64,000 nt of DNA from an uncultured bacterium (GTDB taxonomy: Bacteria > Krumholzibacteriota > Krumholzibacteriia > Krumholzibacteriales > Krumholzibacteriaceae), in the NCBI GenBank assembly GCA_963786935.1, contig CAWBAN010000001.1:832001-896000 (forward strand). The letters run 5' to 3'. Of this stretch, positions 1 through 9,123 are shown piece by piece. The number at the start of each line of letters is the position of its first letter. Within the stretch, counting starts at the first letter, position 1. The notes beneath the pieces were generated by a model. The model was given only the letters and a program-made list of their open reading frames with translations. It did no database searches and was not told where the DNA came from. A program made the translations under genes and the position numbers.

Positions 1-425
1 AGGCTCACGACGGCCGACGTGAGGCGGTTCGTGAAGACACGGATCGGAGGCATCCCGCCCGCGGCCGCCATGCGGTCGCCGATGATGAGATCGGCCGCGC
101 CCTTCCCGAATTCCTCGGCGAATCGCGGGATCTCGTCGGGATCGTGCTGCCCGTCCGCGTCGAGCATGACGACGGCGTCGATATCCGGTAGCGCCCGAAG
201 GGCATCGATGGCGGTCCGGACGGCGGCCCCCTTTCCCCTGTTCACGTCGTGCCGCAATACCAGCGCGCCCGAACGCCGGGCCGCGCTCCCCGTGCCGTCG
301 GTCGATCCGTCGTCCACGACGACGATGTGATCGAGAGGGACGTGCCGCGCGATCGATGCGATCACCGGCTCGATGAACCGCCCGGCGTTGTACGCCGGAA
401 CGATGGCCGCGAAACGCTCAAGCAT
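1..425 (-). CDS. Glycosyltransferase family 2 (runs off the left edge)
   Basis: Manual translation from ATG at 425: MLERFAAIVPAYNAG...VVVDDGSTDGT...NRGKGAA...MLDADGQH, all GT2 motifs. Not in the ORF track because it is truncated. Confidence 0.9.
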   Translation of the reverse strand, partial: MLERFAAIVPAYNAGRFIEPVIASIARHVPLDHIVVVDDGSTDGTGSAARRSGALVLRHDVNRGKGAAVRTAIDALRALPDIDAVVMLDADGQHDPDEIPRFAEEFGKGAADLIIGDRMAAAGGMPPIRVFTNRLTSAVVS

Positions 426-1269
426 GATGTTCGCTCCTCCAGAGGTGATCGAACGCGAACCACTGATCGGGATGGGACCGCACGAATTGCTCGATGTTTC
501 CGATGCACGCGCGGGCCGTCGCCGCGCGCCGGTCGTCCGTATCCGGCACGCGGATCTCTTCCCCGACGAGGATCTCGATCGTGTCCCCCGCGGCGTACCA
601 GGAGCAGCACGGGAGCAGCGGCGCCCCCGAGCGCAGCGAGAGGGTGATATGGCCGTCGGGGAGGACGACGTCGGTGCCGAGGAACCGGAGCTTCATGCCG
701 CGCTGAGAGAAGCTGCGGTCGACCAGGAGCACGACCGTCTCTCCCGCCTCGAGCGCCTTCATGAGCGCCGTCCCGCAGGAGCGGGACGAGTAATCCCTGA
801 CCCCCCATCGGGCGCGCTTTGCGCTCAGGAAGCGCGTGACGCGCGCCGACGGGTGCTCGAGCGCGACCGTATGAATCCGGTATCCGAGGCCGCTGATGCA
901 CGCCCCCGCGAGCTCCCAGGAGCCGAGGTGCGGCGCGAACAATATGGCTCCCCGTCCCTTCCGGAGCGCGCGGTCGAGATTCTCGATCCCTCGAATTCGG
1001 CACACGGCCATGATCTCGTCGCGGTCCATCCGCGAAAGGCGCAGCATGTCCAGGACGGCGCGCGAAAAGTTGCGGAACACGGGGAACGCGCTGCCCGGGC
1101 GCAGCCCCAGCTTTTCGTAGTTCATCCGCACATTGTTCCGAATCTCTGGCCTGAAGGCGAAAAAGAGGAACGCGATCGCGGCGGCGATCCGCCTGCTGCA
1201 TGCCGGGGGGAGCATGCCGGCGAGGGAGGACGCCGTGCGATATAGAATATACGAGATCATGCTTTCCAA
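418..1269 (-). CDS. Lysophospholipid / lipid A late acyltransferase family (LpxL/PatA-like)
   Basis: HLGSWE catalytic motif, LLVDR, C-terminal HPDQWFAF. The start may be the ATG at 1260. Confidence 0.85.
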   Translation of the reverse strand: MESMISYILYRTASSLAGMLPPACSRRIAAAIAFLFFAFRPEIRNNVRMNYEKLGLRPGSAFPVFRNFSRAVLDMLRLSRMDRDEIMAVCRIRGIENLDRALRKGRGAILFAPHLGSWELAGACISGLGYRIHTVALEHPSARVTRFLSAKRARWGVRDYSSRSCGTALMKALEAGETVVLLVDRSFSQRGMKLRFLGTDVVLPDGHITLSLRSGAPLLPCCSWYAAGDTIEILVGEEIRVPDTDDRRAATARACIGNIEQFVRSHPDQWFAFDHLWRSEHHA

Positions 1270-1278
1270 AAATAAATC

Positions 1279-1356
<78 letters not shown>

Positions 1357-1367
1357 ACCTCAACGCT

Positions 1368-1397
1368 AGAATATCATCGTTTGCGGGCCGAACACAA
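1368..1397 (-). promoter_or_regulatory. sigma70-type promoter for tRNA-Pro
   Basis: TTGTGT-N18-TATTCT with a TGn extension, just upstream of the tRNA. Confidence 0.55.
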
Positions 1398-1422
1398 GCG
1401 AATTTGGATCCGCCGAACGGGC

Positions 1423-1788
1423 TCAGAGCGCCTCGACGAGGTCCTTGAGCTCCAGCAGGTCCTTCCGGAGGGATTCCACGATGCGCCGTTTGTCGGGATC
1501 GGCGAACGGGATATTCAGCTGCTCGGCGAGGACCGACGGATCGTTGTTGAAATCCTTCAGCTTCCGGCGCGCTCCCGCGATCGTGTATTTGCGATCGTAC
1601 AGGAGCGTCTGAATCGCGATCAGGAGCTTGATGTCCCTCACGCGGTACGTCCGGTTGCCGGCGCGGTTCTTCTTCGGGCTCAGGGCGGGGAACTGTGATT
1701 CCCAGTACCTGAGCACGTGCGGCTTCACCTTGAGAAGGTCGCTGACCTCGCCGATCGAGTAGTAGAGCTTCTGGTTCGCTTTCATCAT
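1423..1788 (-). CDS. MerR-family HTH transcriptional regulator
   Basis: YYSIGEVSDLLKVKPHVLRYWESQF...GNRTYR...YTIAGAR, the type usually found next to tRNA-Pro. Confidence 0.9.
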   Translation of the reverse strand: MMKANQKLYYSIGEVSDLLKVKPHVLRYWESQFPALSPKKNRAGNRTYRVRDIKLLIAIQTLLYDRKYTIAGARRKLKDFNNDPSVLAEQLNIPFADPDKRRIVESLRKDLLELKDLVEAL

Positions 1789-1848
1789 ACCGATGCTTCC
1801 TTTGAGGCTGCGGAAACACCTCCGCGCGACGAGTCGACGTCCGCGGCG

Positions 1849-2877
1849 CTACATCTCTTTTTTGGCCTTGCGGATCATGAGATCCTTGATCGCCCGGCGC
1901 GGATCCTTTCCGCGGAAGAGCACGCGATGGACCTGCTCGGCGATCGGGAGCTCGATCCCGACGCGCGAAGCGAGCCGCACGGCCGCCTTCGTCGTTTTGA
2001 CCCCCTCCGCCACCATGACCATTTCGGCGAGCACCTGCGGGAGCTTCTTGCCCCTCCCGATCTCCTCGCCGACATGACGATTCCTGCTGTGGCGGCTCAT
2101 ACACGTGACGATGAGGTCCCCGACTCCGGCGAGCCCGCTGAGCGTCGCCTCCTTCCCCCCCATCCGGCACGCGAGGCGCTTCATCTCGGCGAGCCCCCGG
2201 GTGATGAGCGCCGCCTTCGTGTTGTCCCCGAATCCGAGCCCGTCGCAGATGCCGGCGGCGATCGCGATCGTGTTCTTGAGCGACACGCCGAGCTCGACCC
2301 CGATAAGATCCGTATTGGTGTAGACGCGGAAATACTCGTTCATGAAATGGCCTTGGATCTCGCGCAGAACCTCGGAATCGGTTCCCGCGACGACGACCGA
2401 CGTCGGCATCCGTCTGCTCACTTCCTCGGCGTGGCTCGGGCCGAGGAGGCCGACGATCCGCCGCCGGGCCGTCGGGAGCTCCTGCGACAGCACTTCGCTC
2501 ATCCGGCAGAGCGTGCGCTCCTCCAGACCTTTCGACGCGTTGATGACGATCGCCCGCCGGTCGAACGACGGCGAGGATCCAACGATGCGCGCGACGCCGC
2601 GCACCGTGTGGCTCGGCGTCACGAAAACAATGCGCGTGGCGCCGTCGAGCGCCTCGTCCATCTCCGAGGTGATCCGGATCGATCTCGGCACGGGGATTCC
2701 CGGAAGGAACCGGCGGTTCTCCCCGTCCCGGCGGATCGTATCGGCAAGGGCGGGGAAATACTCCCAGAGCCGCACCTCGTGCCCCTTCTCGTCGAGCAGA
2801 ATCGCGAGCGTCGTTCCCCAGCTGCCGGCGCCGAGGACCGCGGTGCGAGTGGAATGGGCGTGCGTTCGAGGCTTCAT
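1849..2877 (-). CDS. gpsA: NAD(P)H-dependent glycerol-3-phosphate dehydrogenase
   Basis: GAGSWGT, SKGLE, GPSHAEEV, LKNTIAIAAG, GDLIVTC-SRN. Start placed at MKPRTH. Confidence 0.95.
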   Translation of the reverse strand: MKPRTHAHSTRTAVLGAGSWGTTLAILLDEKGHEVRLWEYFPALADTIRRDGENRRFLPGIPVPRSIRITSEMDEALDGATRIVFVTPSHTVRGVARIVGSSPSFDRRAIVINASKGLEERTLCRMSEVLSQELPTARRRIVGLLGPSHAEEVSRRMPTSVVVAGTDSEVLREIQGHFMNEYFRVYTNTDLIGVELGVSLKNTIAIAAGICDGLGFGDNTKAALITRGLAEMKRLACRMGGKEATLSGLAGVGDLIVTCMSRHSRNRHVGEEIGRGKKLPQVLAEMVMVAEGVKTTKAAVRLASRVGIELPIAEQVHRVLFRGKDPRRAIKDLMIRKAKKEM

Positions 2878-2888
2878 GGATTTGCCGC

Positions 2889-3506
2889 CTAGAAGATCCT
2901 TTTTTCGGTGCCGTTTCGCAGCCGCGCGATGTTCGAGCGGTGCTTCACGATCACGACGATCGCCGCGGCGACGCCGAGCAGGGTTATCGAATAATGCGCG
3001 TTCGCGTGGAACAGCCGGTTCGCCAGCGGTATCGATGCCGGCAGAAACGCCGCGCTCACGATGCTCGCCACCGATACGATCCGTGTGGCGAGCAGCATGA
3101 TGATCCAGACCGCCAGGCACATGCCGAGCGCCTGGGGCGCCAGCGCCAGAAAGGCGCCCGCCGTGGCGCCCACTCCCTTGCCGCCCGAGAACCGCACGAA
3201 CACGGAGTAGTTGTGTCCGAGAACGACGGCGAGCGCCGCCAGCAGGGCGAATCCCGTCGCCGTCCCTCCCAGCCGCGAGAGGAAATGAACGGCGACGAAT
3301 CCCTTTCCGATATCGAACAGGAGCACCGGAATCGCGGCGCGGGGTCCGAGAACCCGGAACGTGTTCGCCGCGCCGAGATTGCCGCTCCCGTGTTCCCTGA
3401 GATCGATACCTCTGACGAGCTTCCCCATGCAGTAGCTCGACGGGATCGACCCGAGCAGGTAGCTGGCCGCCGCGACGAAAAGTATCTTGAGAACGAGATC
3501 CATCAT
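2889..3506 (-). CDS. plsY: Glycerol-3-phosphate acyltransferase PlsY
   Basis: YLLGSIP, GSGNLGAAN, DIGKG, GHNYSVF-GGKGV, HRSNI. Confidence 0.95.
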   Translation of the reverse strand: MMDLVLKILFVAAASYLLGSIPSSYCMGKLVRGIDLREHGSGNLGAANTFRVLGPRAAIPVLLFDIGKGFVAVHFLSRLGGTATGFALLAALAVVLGHNYSVFVRFSGGKGVGATAGAFLALAPQALGMCLAVWIIMLLATRIVSVASIVSAAFLPASIPLANRLFHANAHYSITLLGVAAAIVVIVKHRSNIARLRNGTEKRIF

Positions 3507-4819
3507 CTCTCCTTGGATTTGAGAGAGATTGTAATGACCGTGCCCTCGAACGTAAACACTTTTCTGAGCTGATTATTGAGATAACGTATATAAGAACGAG
3601 GAAAATAGGAGGATCTATTTACAAAGAGCGTGAAGGTCGGCGGTTTGACCCCTGTCTGCGTCGCGTAGTAAACCTTCCCCGTACCTCCGGCATGGTGGCT
3701 CGGCGGGCTCTTGGCGACGATCGCCTCGAGCACCTTGTTCAGCTCAGAGGTCTTGATCGTGCGCTCCCGCGCCTCCTTGATGGCGACCGCGAGGGGAAAA
3801 ATCCGCTCGACGCGGAGGCCGGTGAGCGCCGAAACGGTGACGGCGGGGGCGTAGGAAAGGAAGGACATCGATTCCCGAACTTCCGCCACGAAACGATCGG
3901 AGGTCCGCGAATCCTTCTCGACGAGGTCCCATTTGTTGATGAGGATCATCATGCCCTTCCGGGCCCGATGCCCCTCGGAGGCGACGCGGACGTCCTGCCG
4001 CGAGACCGGTCCCGTGGCGTCGATCATCACGGCGACGATATCGGCGTTCCGCGCGCTCGACAGGCTCTTGTGGCTCGTGATCGCGTCGAGCCCCTTCGCG
4101 GTCCGGGCGCGCCGTTTCACACCCGCCGTGTCGATGAGAACGAACTCCTTCCCGCCGCGCCGGATGATGACGCCGACGGAATCCCGGGTCGTTCCGGGGA
4201 TATCCGAAACGATGTTGCGCTCCTCGCCGGCCAGCGCGTTCACGAGGGAGCTCTTGCCGACGTTCGGCTTGCCGACGATCGCGATCGCGATCGGTTCCGG
4301 CCCCGCCTCCTCGGCTTTGCGCGGGATGCGCGACGTGATGTCGTCGAGCATTTCCCCGATTCCCGTCCCGTGCAGCGCGCTCACGATATGCATATGATCG
4401 AATCCGAGCGTGTGGAACTCGTGCACGCTCCATCGATCCTCGTCGTTTTCGATCTTGTTGACGACGAAGATCATCTTGCCCCGCTCGCGACGGAGATCGC
4501 GGAGCAGCGATTGATCTTCCTCCGTCACCCCGGTATCGATATCCGCCACGAAAACGATCACGGCCGCTTCGCCCGCGATGCTCTTCACCCGTGCGCGGAT
4601 ATCGAAGGTGAGGCGATCCTTCGTGTCGACGCTGAAACCGCCGGTGTCGACGAGAATGAAGGTGACGCCGTTCCAGGTGACCTTCTCCTCGACGGCGTCC
4701 CGCGTCACGCCTCTCGTCGCGTGCATGATCGCTTTGCGGCGCCGCACGACTCGATTGAAGAGCGTCGATTTTCCCGCGTTCGGTTTTCCGACGATTGCGA
4801 CGATGGGAATCTTCTTCAT
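3503..4819 (-). CDS. der: Ribosome biogenesis GTPase Der (EngA)
   Basis: Two G domains (GKPNAGKS / DTGG / NKIE and GKPNVGKS / DTAG / NKWD) plus a KH-like tail. Start at MKKIPIV. Confidence 0.95.
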   Translation of the reverse strand: MKKIPIVAIVGKPNAGKSTLFNRVVRRRKAIMHATRGVTRDAVEEKVTWNGVTFILVDTGGFSVDTKDRLTFDIRARVKSIAGEAAVIVFVADIDTGVTEEDQSLLRDLRRERGKMIFVVNKIENDEDRWSVHEFHTLGFDHMHIVSALHGTGIGEMLDDITSRIPRKAEEAGPEPIAIAIVGKPNVGKSSLVNALAGEERNIVSDIPGTTRDSVGVIIRRGGKEFVLIDTAGVKRRARTAKGLDAITSHKSLSSARNADIVAVMIDATGPVSRQDVRVASEGHRARKGMMILINKWDLVEKDSRTSDRFVAEVRESMSFLSYAPAVTVSALTGLRVERIFPLAVAIKEARERTIKTSELNKVLEAIVAKSPPSHHAGGTGKVYYATQTGVKPPTFTLFVNRSSYFPRSYIRYLNNQLRKVFTFEGTVITISLKSKER

Positions 4820-6117
4820 GACGAGCATCCCTTCCGGCACTGGTTCGCGACGCGATTTTCGAGAAAGGTCGATCGGGCGACCACGACCGGCACGCCGAGC
4901 TCCCGCGCGATATCGGCGGCGCGGAGGTCGTCGAGGAAACGCCCCTCGTGGTTCACCGCGTTGGGGGGAATCACGAGACAGCCCGAAATCCGGCTCCGGC
5001 GGGCGGCGCGGACGATATCGCGGCCGCACAGGAGTCCCGAAACGGTCACCGATGGCCCGAACAGACGATTCCGGACGACGACGAGCCGCAGCGAGACCGG
5101 CGGACGCATCTCCTCGAGAAGCGGCTCCGCGTACCGACGCAGGAACCGGGCGCCGAGGGCGCCCGTCGCGACAGTGATCCGTTTCAGGGGCGCGCGCGGC
5201 CGCGCCCGCTCGATATCCCCGGCGAGGCGCATGAGAAAATCCCGGCACGCGCCGACCCCGTTCGAGAGCTGCGGGAAATCCCCGTACGCATCCGCGGGGG
5301 GCAGAACGCGGTTCGCCGCCAGATAGAACTCGTCGGCCAGATACAGAAAGCGCTCTCCCCCGAACCGCACCCGATAGCGTTCCTGCTCGCGCGCGGCCCA
5401 ATCGATCAGCGCGCGGGATTCCGCGACGCCGGGCCGCCGGAGGAGCGGAAGGCCGGCGCGGTGCCCCGTGACGCCGACCGGGACGATCGCCGCCGTTAGG
5501 CAGGCCGGGTGCAGCGCGGCGAGCTCACGCACGGTCTCGCGGAGCGCCGCTCCGTCGTTGACGCCGGGAACGAGCACGATCTGCGCGTGCATCCGGATGC
5601 CGCCGCGCGCGAGCCGGCGCAGATCTTTCATGATGTCGCGGCGCATCGGGCGGCCGAACAGGCGCTCGCGGACGCTTCGGCGCACGGCGTGAACGGAAAC
5701 GTAGAGCGGGGACAGACGGAGATCGAGAATCCTCGCGAGATCCCGGTCGCGGAGATCGTTCAACGTGATGAAATTCCCGAAGAGAAAGCTCAGCCGGAAA
5801 TCGTCGTCCTTCTCGTACAGGGACGGCCGCATGCCGGGCGGCATTTGGTCCATGAAGCAGAAGATGCACTTGCTCCGGCACCGGATGAACTTCATTTCGC
5901 GGAAGACGGCGCCTTGCCGCGAGAGCTCGGCGAGGGGGAGCGTCCGCGACATCGAGCGCCCGTCGCGCCGGATCGCGAAACGGGCCTTCCCGTCGCCGGC
6001 CGTGAGGAACAGCGCGTCGAGCTGGTCTTCCACCGCTCGGGTGCCTATCGAAAGGATCTCGTCCCCCGGCCGGAAGAAGCCACGTTTCCCGTCGATTCTT
6101 TCGATTCGTACCGTCAT
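4816..6117 (-). CDS. DUF512 / PDZ radical-SAM-like Fe-S protein (TIGR03279-like)
   Basis: CRSKCIFC (CxxxCxxC), DQMPPGMRPSLYEKDDDFRLSFLFGNFITL, VPGVNDG, QLSNGVG. Adjacent to der. Confidence 0.85.
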   Translation of the reverse strand: MTVRIERIDGKRGFFRPGDEILSIGTRAVEDQLDALFLTAGDGKARFAIRRDGRSMSRTLPLAELSRQGAVFREMKFIRCRSKCIFCFMDQMPPGMRPSLYEKDDDFRLSFLFGNFITLNDLRDRDLARILDLRLSPLYVSVHAVRRSVRERLFGRPMRRDIMKDLRRLARGGIRMHAQIVLVPGVNDGAALRETVRELAALHPACLTAAIVPVGVTGHRAGLPLLRRPGVAESRALIDWAAREQERYRVRFGGERFLYLADEFYLAANRVLPPADAYGDFPQLSNGVGACRDFLMRLAGDIERARPRAPLKRITVATGALGARFLRRYAEPLLEEMRPPVSLRLVVVRNRLFGPSVTVSGLLCGRDIVRAARRSRISGCLVIPPNAVNHEGRFLDDLRAADIARELGVPVVVARSTFLENRVANQCRKGCSS

Positions 6118-6128
6118 GGCCGCTCGTG

Positions 6129-6164
6129 AAAAACCCCCCTCAAACATCCCGCTCGAAGGGGGTT
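6129..6164 (-). terminator. Intrinsic terminator after tRNA-Gly
   Basis: Minus strand AACCCCCTTCGAGC-GGGAT-GTTTGAGGGGGGTT followed by a T-run. Confidence 0.7.
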
Positions 6165-6174
6165 CGTCTATAAA

Positions 6175-6250
6175 TGGAGCGGGCAACGGGATTCGAACCC
6201 GCGACTCTCAGCTTGGGAAGCTGATACTCTACCAGCTGAGCTATGCCCGC
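6175..6250 (-). tRNA. tRNA-Gly(CCC)
   Basis: GCGGGCATAGCTCAGCTGGTAGAGTA TCAGC-TTCCCAA-GCTGA GAGTCGCGGGTTCGAATCCCGTTGCCCGCTCCA. Confidence 0.95.
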
Positions 6251-6274
6251 GTTCTCGTCGATGAGGCACCTCGA

Positions 6275-6303
6275 AACTTATCAGTTTGCGCCTCCGCTGT
6301 CAA
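6275..6303 (-). promoter_or_regulatory. sigma70 promoter for tRNA-Gly
   Basis: TTGACA-N17-TAAGTT with TGn. Confidence 0.75.
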
Positions 6304-6308
6304 CGGAT

Positions 6309-7235
6309 TTATCCCGCCAGGCGCCCCTCGACGAGCGCCGCCGCCGCGTCGACGAGTCCCTGCCCATCCGCCGCGAGCCGCCGCATCTCAGGCTCCTTCC
6401 GGAACCACGTCACCTGACGCTTGGCGTACTGGCGCGTGAGCTCGCCGATCCTCCCGATCGTGTCGTCGAGCGGGCGCTCTCCCCTCACGAACGAGACGAC
6501 CTCGGGGTAGCCGAGCGTCCTCATGCCCGGCCACGCGGGATCGGCCCCCTCGGCGAGAAGGCGCCGCACTTCATCCGCCCACCCCTTCTCGAACATCTCT
6601 CCCGTCCGCGCCCCGATCCGCCGGTGGAGCTCCGCGCGGTCGATCTCGAGCCCGATCTTGACGAACCCGATTTCCTCGCGGGACGGCTCGATGCGCTGCC
6701 GGCGCATATGGTCGCTGAGAGCCGTTCCCGTGAGCGCGTGCACCTCGAGAGCGCGAACGGTCCGGTAGCGGTCGTTCGGATGGATGCGCGCCGCGCTTTC
6801 GGGATCGATCGCCCGGAGTTGCTCGTGCAGCGATCCGCTCGATCTTCCCCTCACCGATTCGGCGAAGCCGGCCCGATCGCCCGGATCGAGCGCGATGTCG
6901 AAGAATCCCGCTTCGATCGCCCTGAAGTAGAGCCCCGATCCCCCGACCAGAATGGGCAGCGCGCCTCGCGAAGCCGCATCCCGGATCGCGCCGCGCGCGA
7001 GCGAGGCGAACCGCTGCGCGTTGATTCTCTCGGAAAGATCGCACACGTCGATGAGGTGATGCGGCACGAGCCGCCGGTCCTCCGCCGAGGGCTTCGCCGT
7101 GCCGATATCGATGTGGCGGTATGCCTGACGCGAATCGACCGAGATGATCTCGCCCTTCATCCGCAGGGCGAGGCCCATTCCGAGCGCGCTCTTGCCGGAT
7201 GCGGTGGGACCGAGAATTGCGACCGCAGTTATCAT
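6309..7235 (-). CDS. miaA: tRNA dimethylallyltransferase
   Basis: GPTASGKS, DSRQAY, IGTAKP, VGGSGLY, YAKRQVTWF. Follows mutL. Confidence 0.95.
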   Translation of the reverse strand: MITAVAILGPTASGKSALGMGLALRMKGEIISVDSRQAYRHIDIGTAKPSAEDRRLVPHHLIDVCDLSERINAQRFASLARGAIRDAASRGALPILVGGSGLYFRAIEAGFFDIALDPGDRAGFAESVRGRSSGSLHEQLRAIDPESAARIHPNDRYRTVRALEVHALTGTALSDHMRRQRIEPSREEIGFVKIGLEIDRAELHRRIGARTGEMFEKGWADEVRRLLAEGADPAWPGMRTLGYPEVVSFVRGERPLDDTIGRIGELTRQYAKRQVTWFRKEPEMRRLAADGQGLVDAAAALVEGRLAG

Positions 7236-9004
7236 TCCCTGTGCGTGACCGATCGCGCGAATCGCCGCTCGAGCTCCGCGGTGCCGACCCGCAGCATCGT
7301 CGGCCGCCCGTGGGGACAGGTATACGGAAGCGCCGTCGCGAAGAGCTGGTCCGCGAGGCTCTCCATCTCCTCCCCCGACAGCCTCGTGCCCGCCTTGATC
7401 GCGGAACGGCAGGCGTACGACTTGAGGAAATCGTCGATTCCGCTCCTCCCCTCTCCCCCCAGTATCTCCTGGAGCAGCCGCCCGTCGTCCCAGTTGCGCA
7501 CGAGCGCCGGGATGCCCCGCACGATTATCGACCGGTGCCCGAACGGCTCGCTCTCGAAGCCGAGCGCGGCGAGCGGCGCCGCCATCTCCTCGTAGCGTTC
7601 GTACTCGTCCGGCGACAGATCGATCGTCGCGGGGAACAGGAGCGATTGCACGACCGCTCTTCCGCCGGCCAGATCCGCTTTCGCGCGGTCGAAGAGGATT
7701 CGCTCGTGAGCGGCGTGCTGATCGATGATGACCATGCCGCCGCGGATCTGGATGAGGATGTAGCTCTGGTGTAGCTGCCAGTACAGGGTGCCCGACGTGA
7801 GGATACCCTTTCCCTTCTCGTCCCCGAACAGCGAGAGGGGCGCCTCGTGGAACTCGAACGTCCGATCGCCCTCTCCGATTTCCTGCGCCGCTCCCGCCCA
7901 CGACCCCGCTGATCCGGCGGGAACCGGGCTCCCCGCAGGAGGGCGCGCGGAATCGGCGTTCGACGGCGGAGAGAGCACGCCTCCGTAGAACGAATCGACC
8001 GTCCGCTCGACCGACCCGCCGGCGCTCCTGAGCGCTTCGCCCAGCGAGGAGAGCACGAGCCGGTGGATCTCCCCCTCGTTCCGGAAGCGCACCTCGGCCT
8101 TCGTCGGATGGACGTTCACGTCCACCTCGTCGGGCGGCACCTCGAGAAAGAGCACGACGGCGGGGAAGCGGTCGCGCGGAATGAGCGATTCGTAGGCCTG
8201 GTTGACCGCGTGCGAGAGCACGCGGTCGCGAACGTATCGACGGTTCACGAAGTAGAACTGCATGTAGCGGTTCGCCCGCGTCTGGTCGCCCCGCGAGGCG
8301 TACCCGTAGATCTTCGAGCGGCCGATGCCGAACTTCACCGGCACTAGATTGGCGAGAAGATCGGCGCCGAGGACGATCTCGACGCGCTCGCGAAGGCTCG
8401 ACGGCGGATACGACAAGAGGTCTTTCCCGCTCTCGCGGAGCACGAACCCCGTTTCGGGAAACGCGAGCGCGTACCCTTGGATCACCGCGATGATGCGTCT
8501 CGTCTCTGACTGCGCGCTCCGCATGAATTTCTTGCGCGCGGGGAGATTCACGAAGAGATTGTCGACAACGACTTCCGTTCCGGCATTCCGCGCGAGCAAG
8601 GTGTCGCGGACGAGCGTTTCGCCGCGGAACGCGAGCTCGCGGGCCATCTCCTCCTCCCGGGCGCGGGATCGTACCGTGAGCACGCTCACCGCCCGGATGC
8701 TGGCGAGAGCCTCCCCGCGGAATCCGAGCGTGCCGACCCGGCCGATGTCCTCGACGCGCGCGATCTTGCTCGTCGTGAAGCTCTCGACCGAGAGCGGAAG
8801 CTGCTCCGCCGGAATGCCGGAGCCGTTGTCCTCGACCTTGATCGCCGCTTTGCCGCCGTCGACGAGATCGATCGCGATCCTCGTCGCGCCCGCGTCGAGC
8901 GAGTTCTCGACGAGCTCCTTAACGGCGCTCGCCGGCCGCTCGATGACCTCGCCCGCGGCGATCCGCGCGGCGACTTCCGGGAGCAGTTTTTGAATGGGAG
9001 CCAC
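7232..9004 (-). CDS. mutL: DNA mismatch repair endonuclease MutL
   Basis: IAAGEVIERP, KELVENSLDAG, GFRGEALAS, DVNVHPTK, endonuclease motifs DQHAAHERI and CPHGRP. GTG start after GGAGG. Confidence 0.95.
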   Translation of the reverse strand: MAPIQKLLPEVAARIAAGEVIERPASAVKELVENSLDAGATRIAIDLVDGGKAAIKVEDNGSGIPAEQLPLSVESFTTSKIARVEDIGRVGTLGFRGEALASIRAVSVLTVRSRAREEEMARELAFRGETLVRDTLLARNAGTEVVVDNLFVNLPARKKFMRSAQSETRRIIAVIQGYALAFPETGFVLRESGKDLLSYPPSSLRERVEIVLGADLLANLVPVKFGIGRSKIYGYASRGDQTRANRYMQFYFVNRRYVRDRVLSHAVNQAYESLIPRDRFPAVVLFLEVPPDEVDVNVHPTKAEVRFRNEGEIHRLVLSSLGEALRSAGGSVERTVDSFYGGVLSPPSNADSARPPAGSPVPAGSAGSWAGAAQEIGEGDRTFEFHEAPLSLFGDEKGKGILTSGTLYWQLHQSYILIQIRGGMVIIDQHAAHERILFDRAKADLAGGRAVVQSLLFPATIDLSPDEYERYEEMAAPLAALGFESEPFGHRSIIVRGIPALVRNWDDGRLLQEILGGEGRSGIDDFLKSYACRSAIKAGTRLSGEEMESLADQLFATALPYTCPHGRPTMLRVGTAELERRFARSVTHRE

Positions 9005-9123
9005 ATCCCCCTCCGGAGCACGAATGTTCGAAAGCGCTTCGACGGAACGGCGCGAGCCCGGCTTCACCGGGAAACCTATCATACGGCGCGTTCGTTCCGC
9101 AATGCGTAAAAGCCGCGGGGATG

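Noticed and set aside
3574..3601. dif-like GATAA-CGTATA in der
   Set aside because: The right arm (TAAGAAC...) does not match the conserved TTATGT XerD arm.
9017..9040. LexA-like box upstream of mutL (AGCAC-GAAT-GTTCG)
   Set aside because: It has a mismatch in the core, the lineage's LexA motif is unknown, and I found no matching site before uvrC or xerC.
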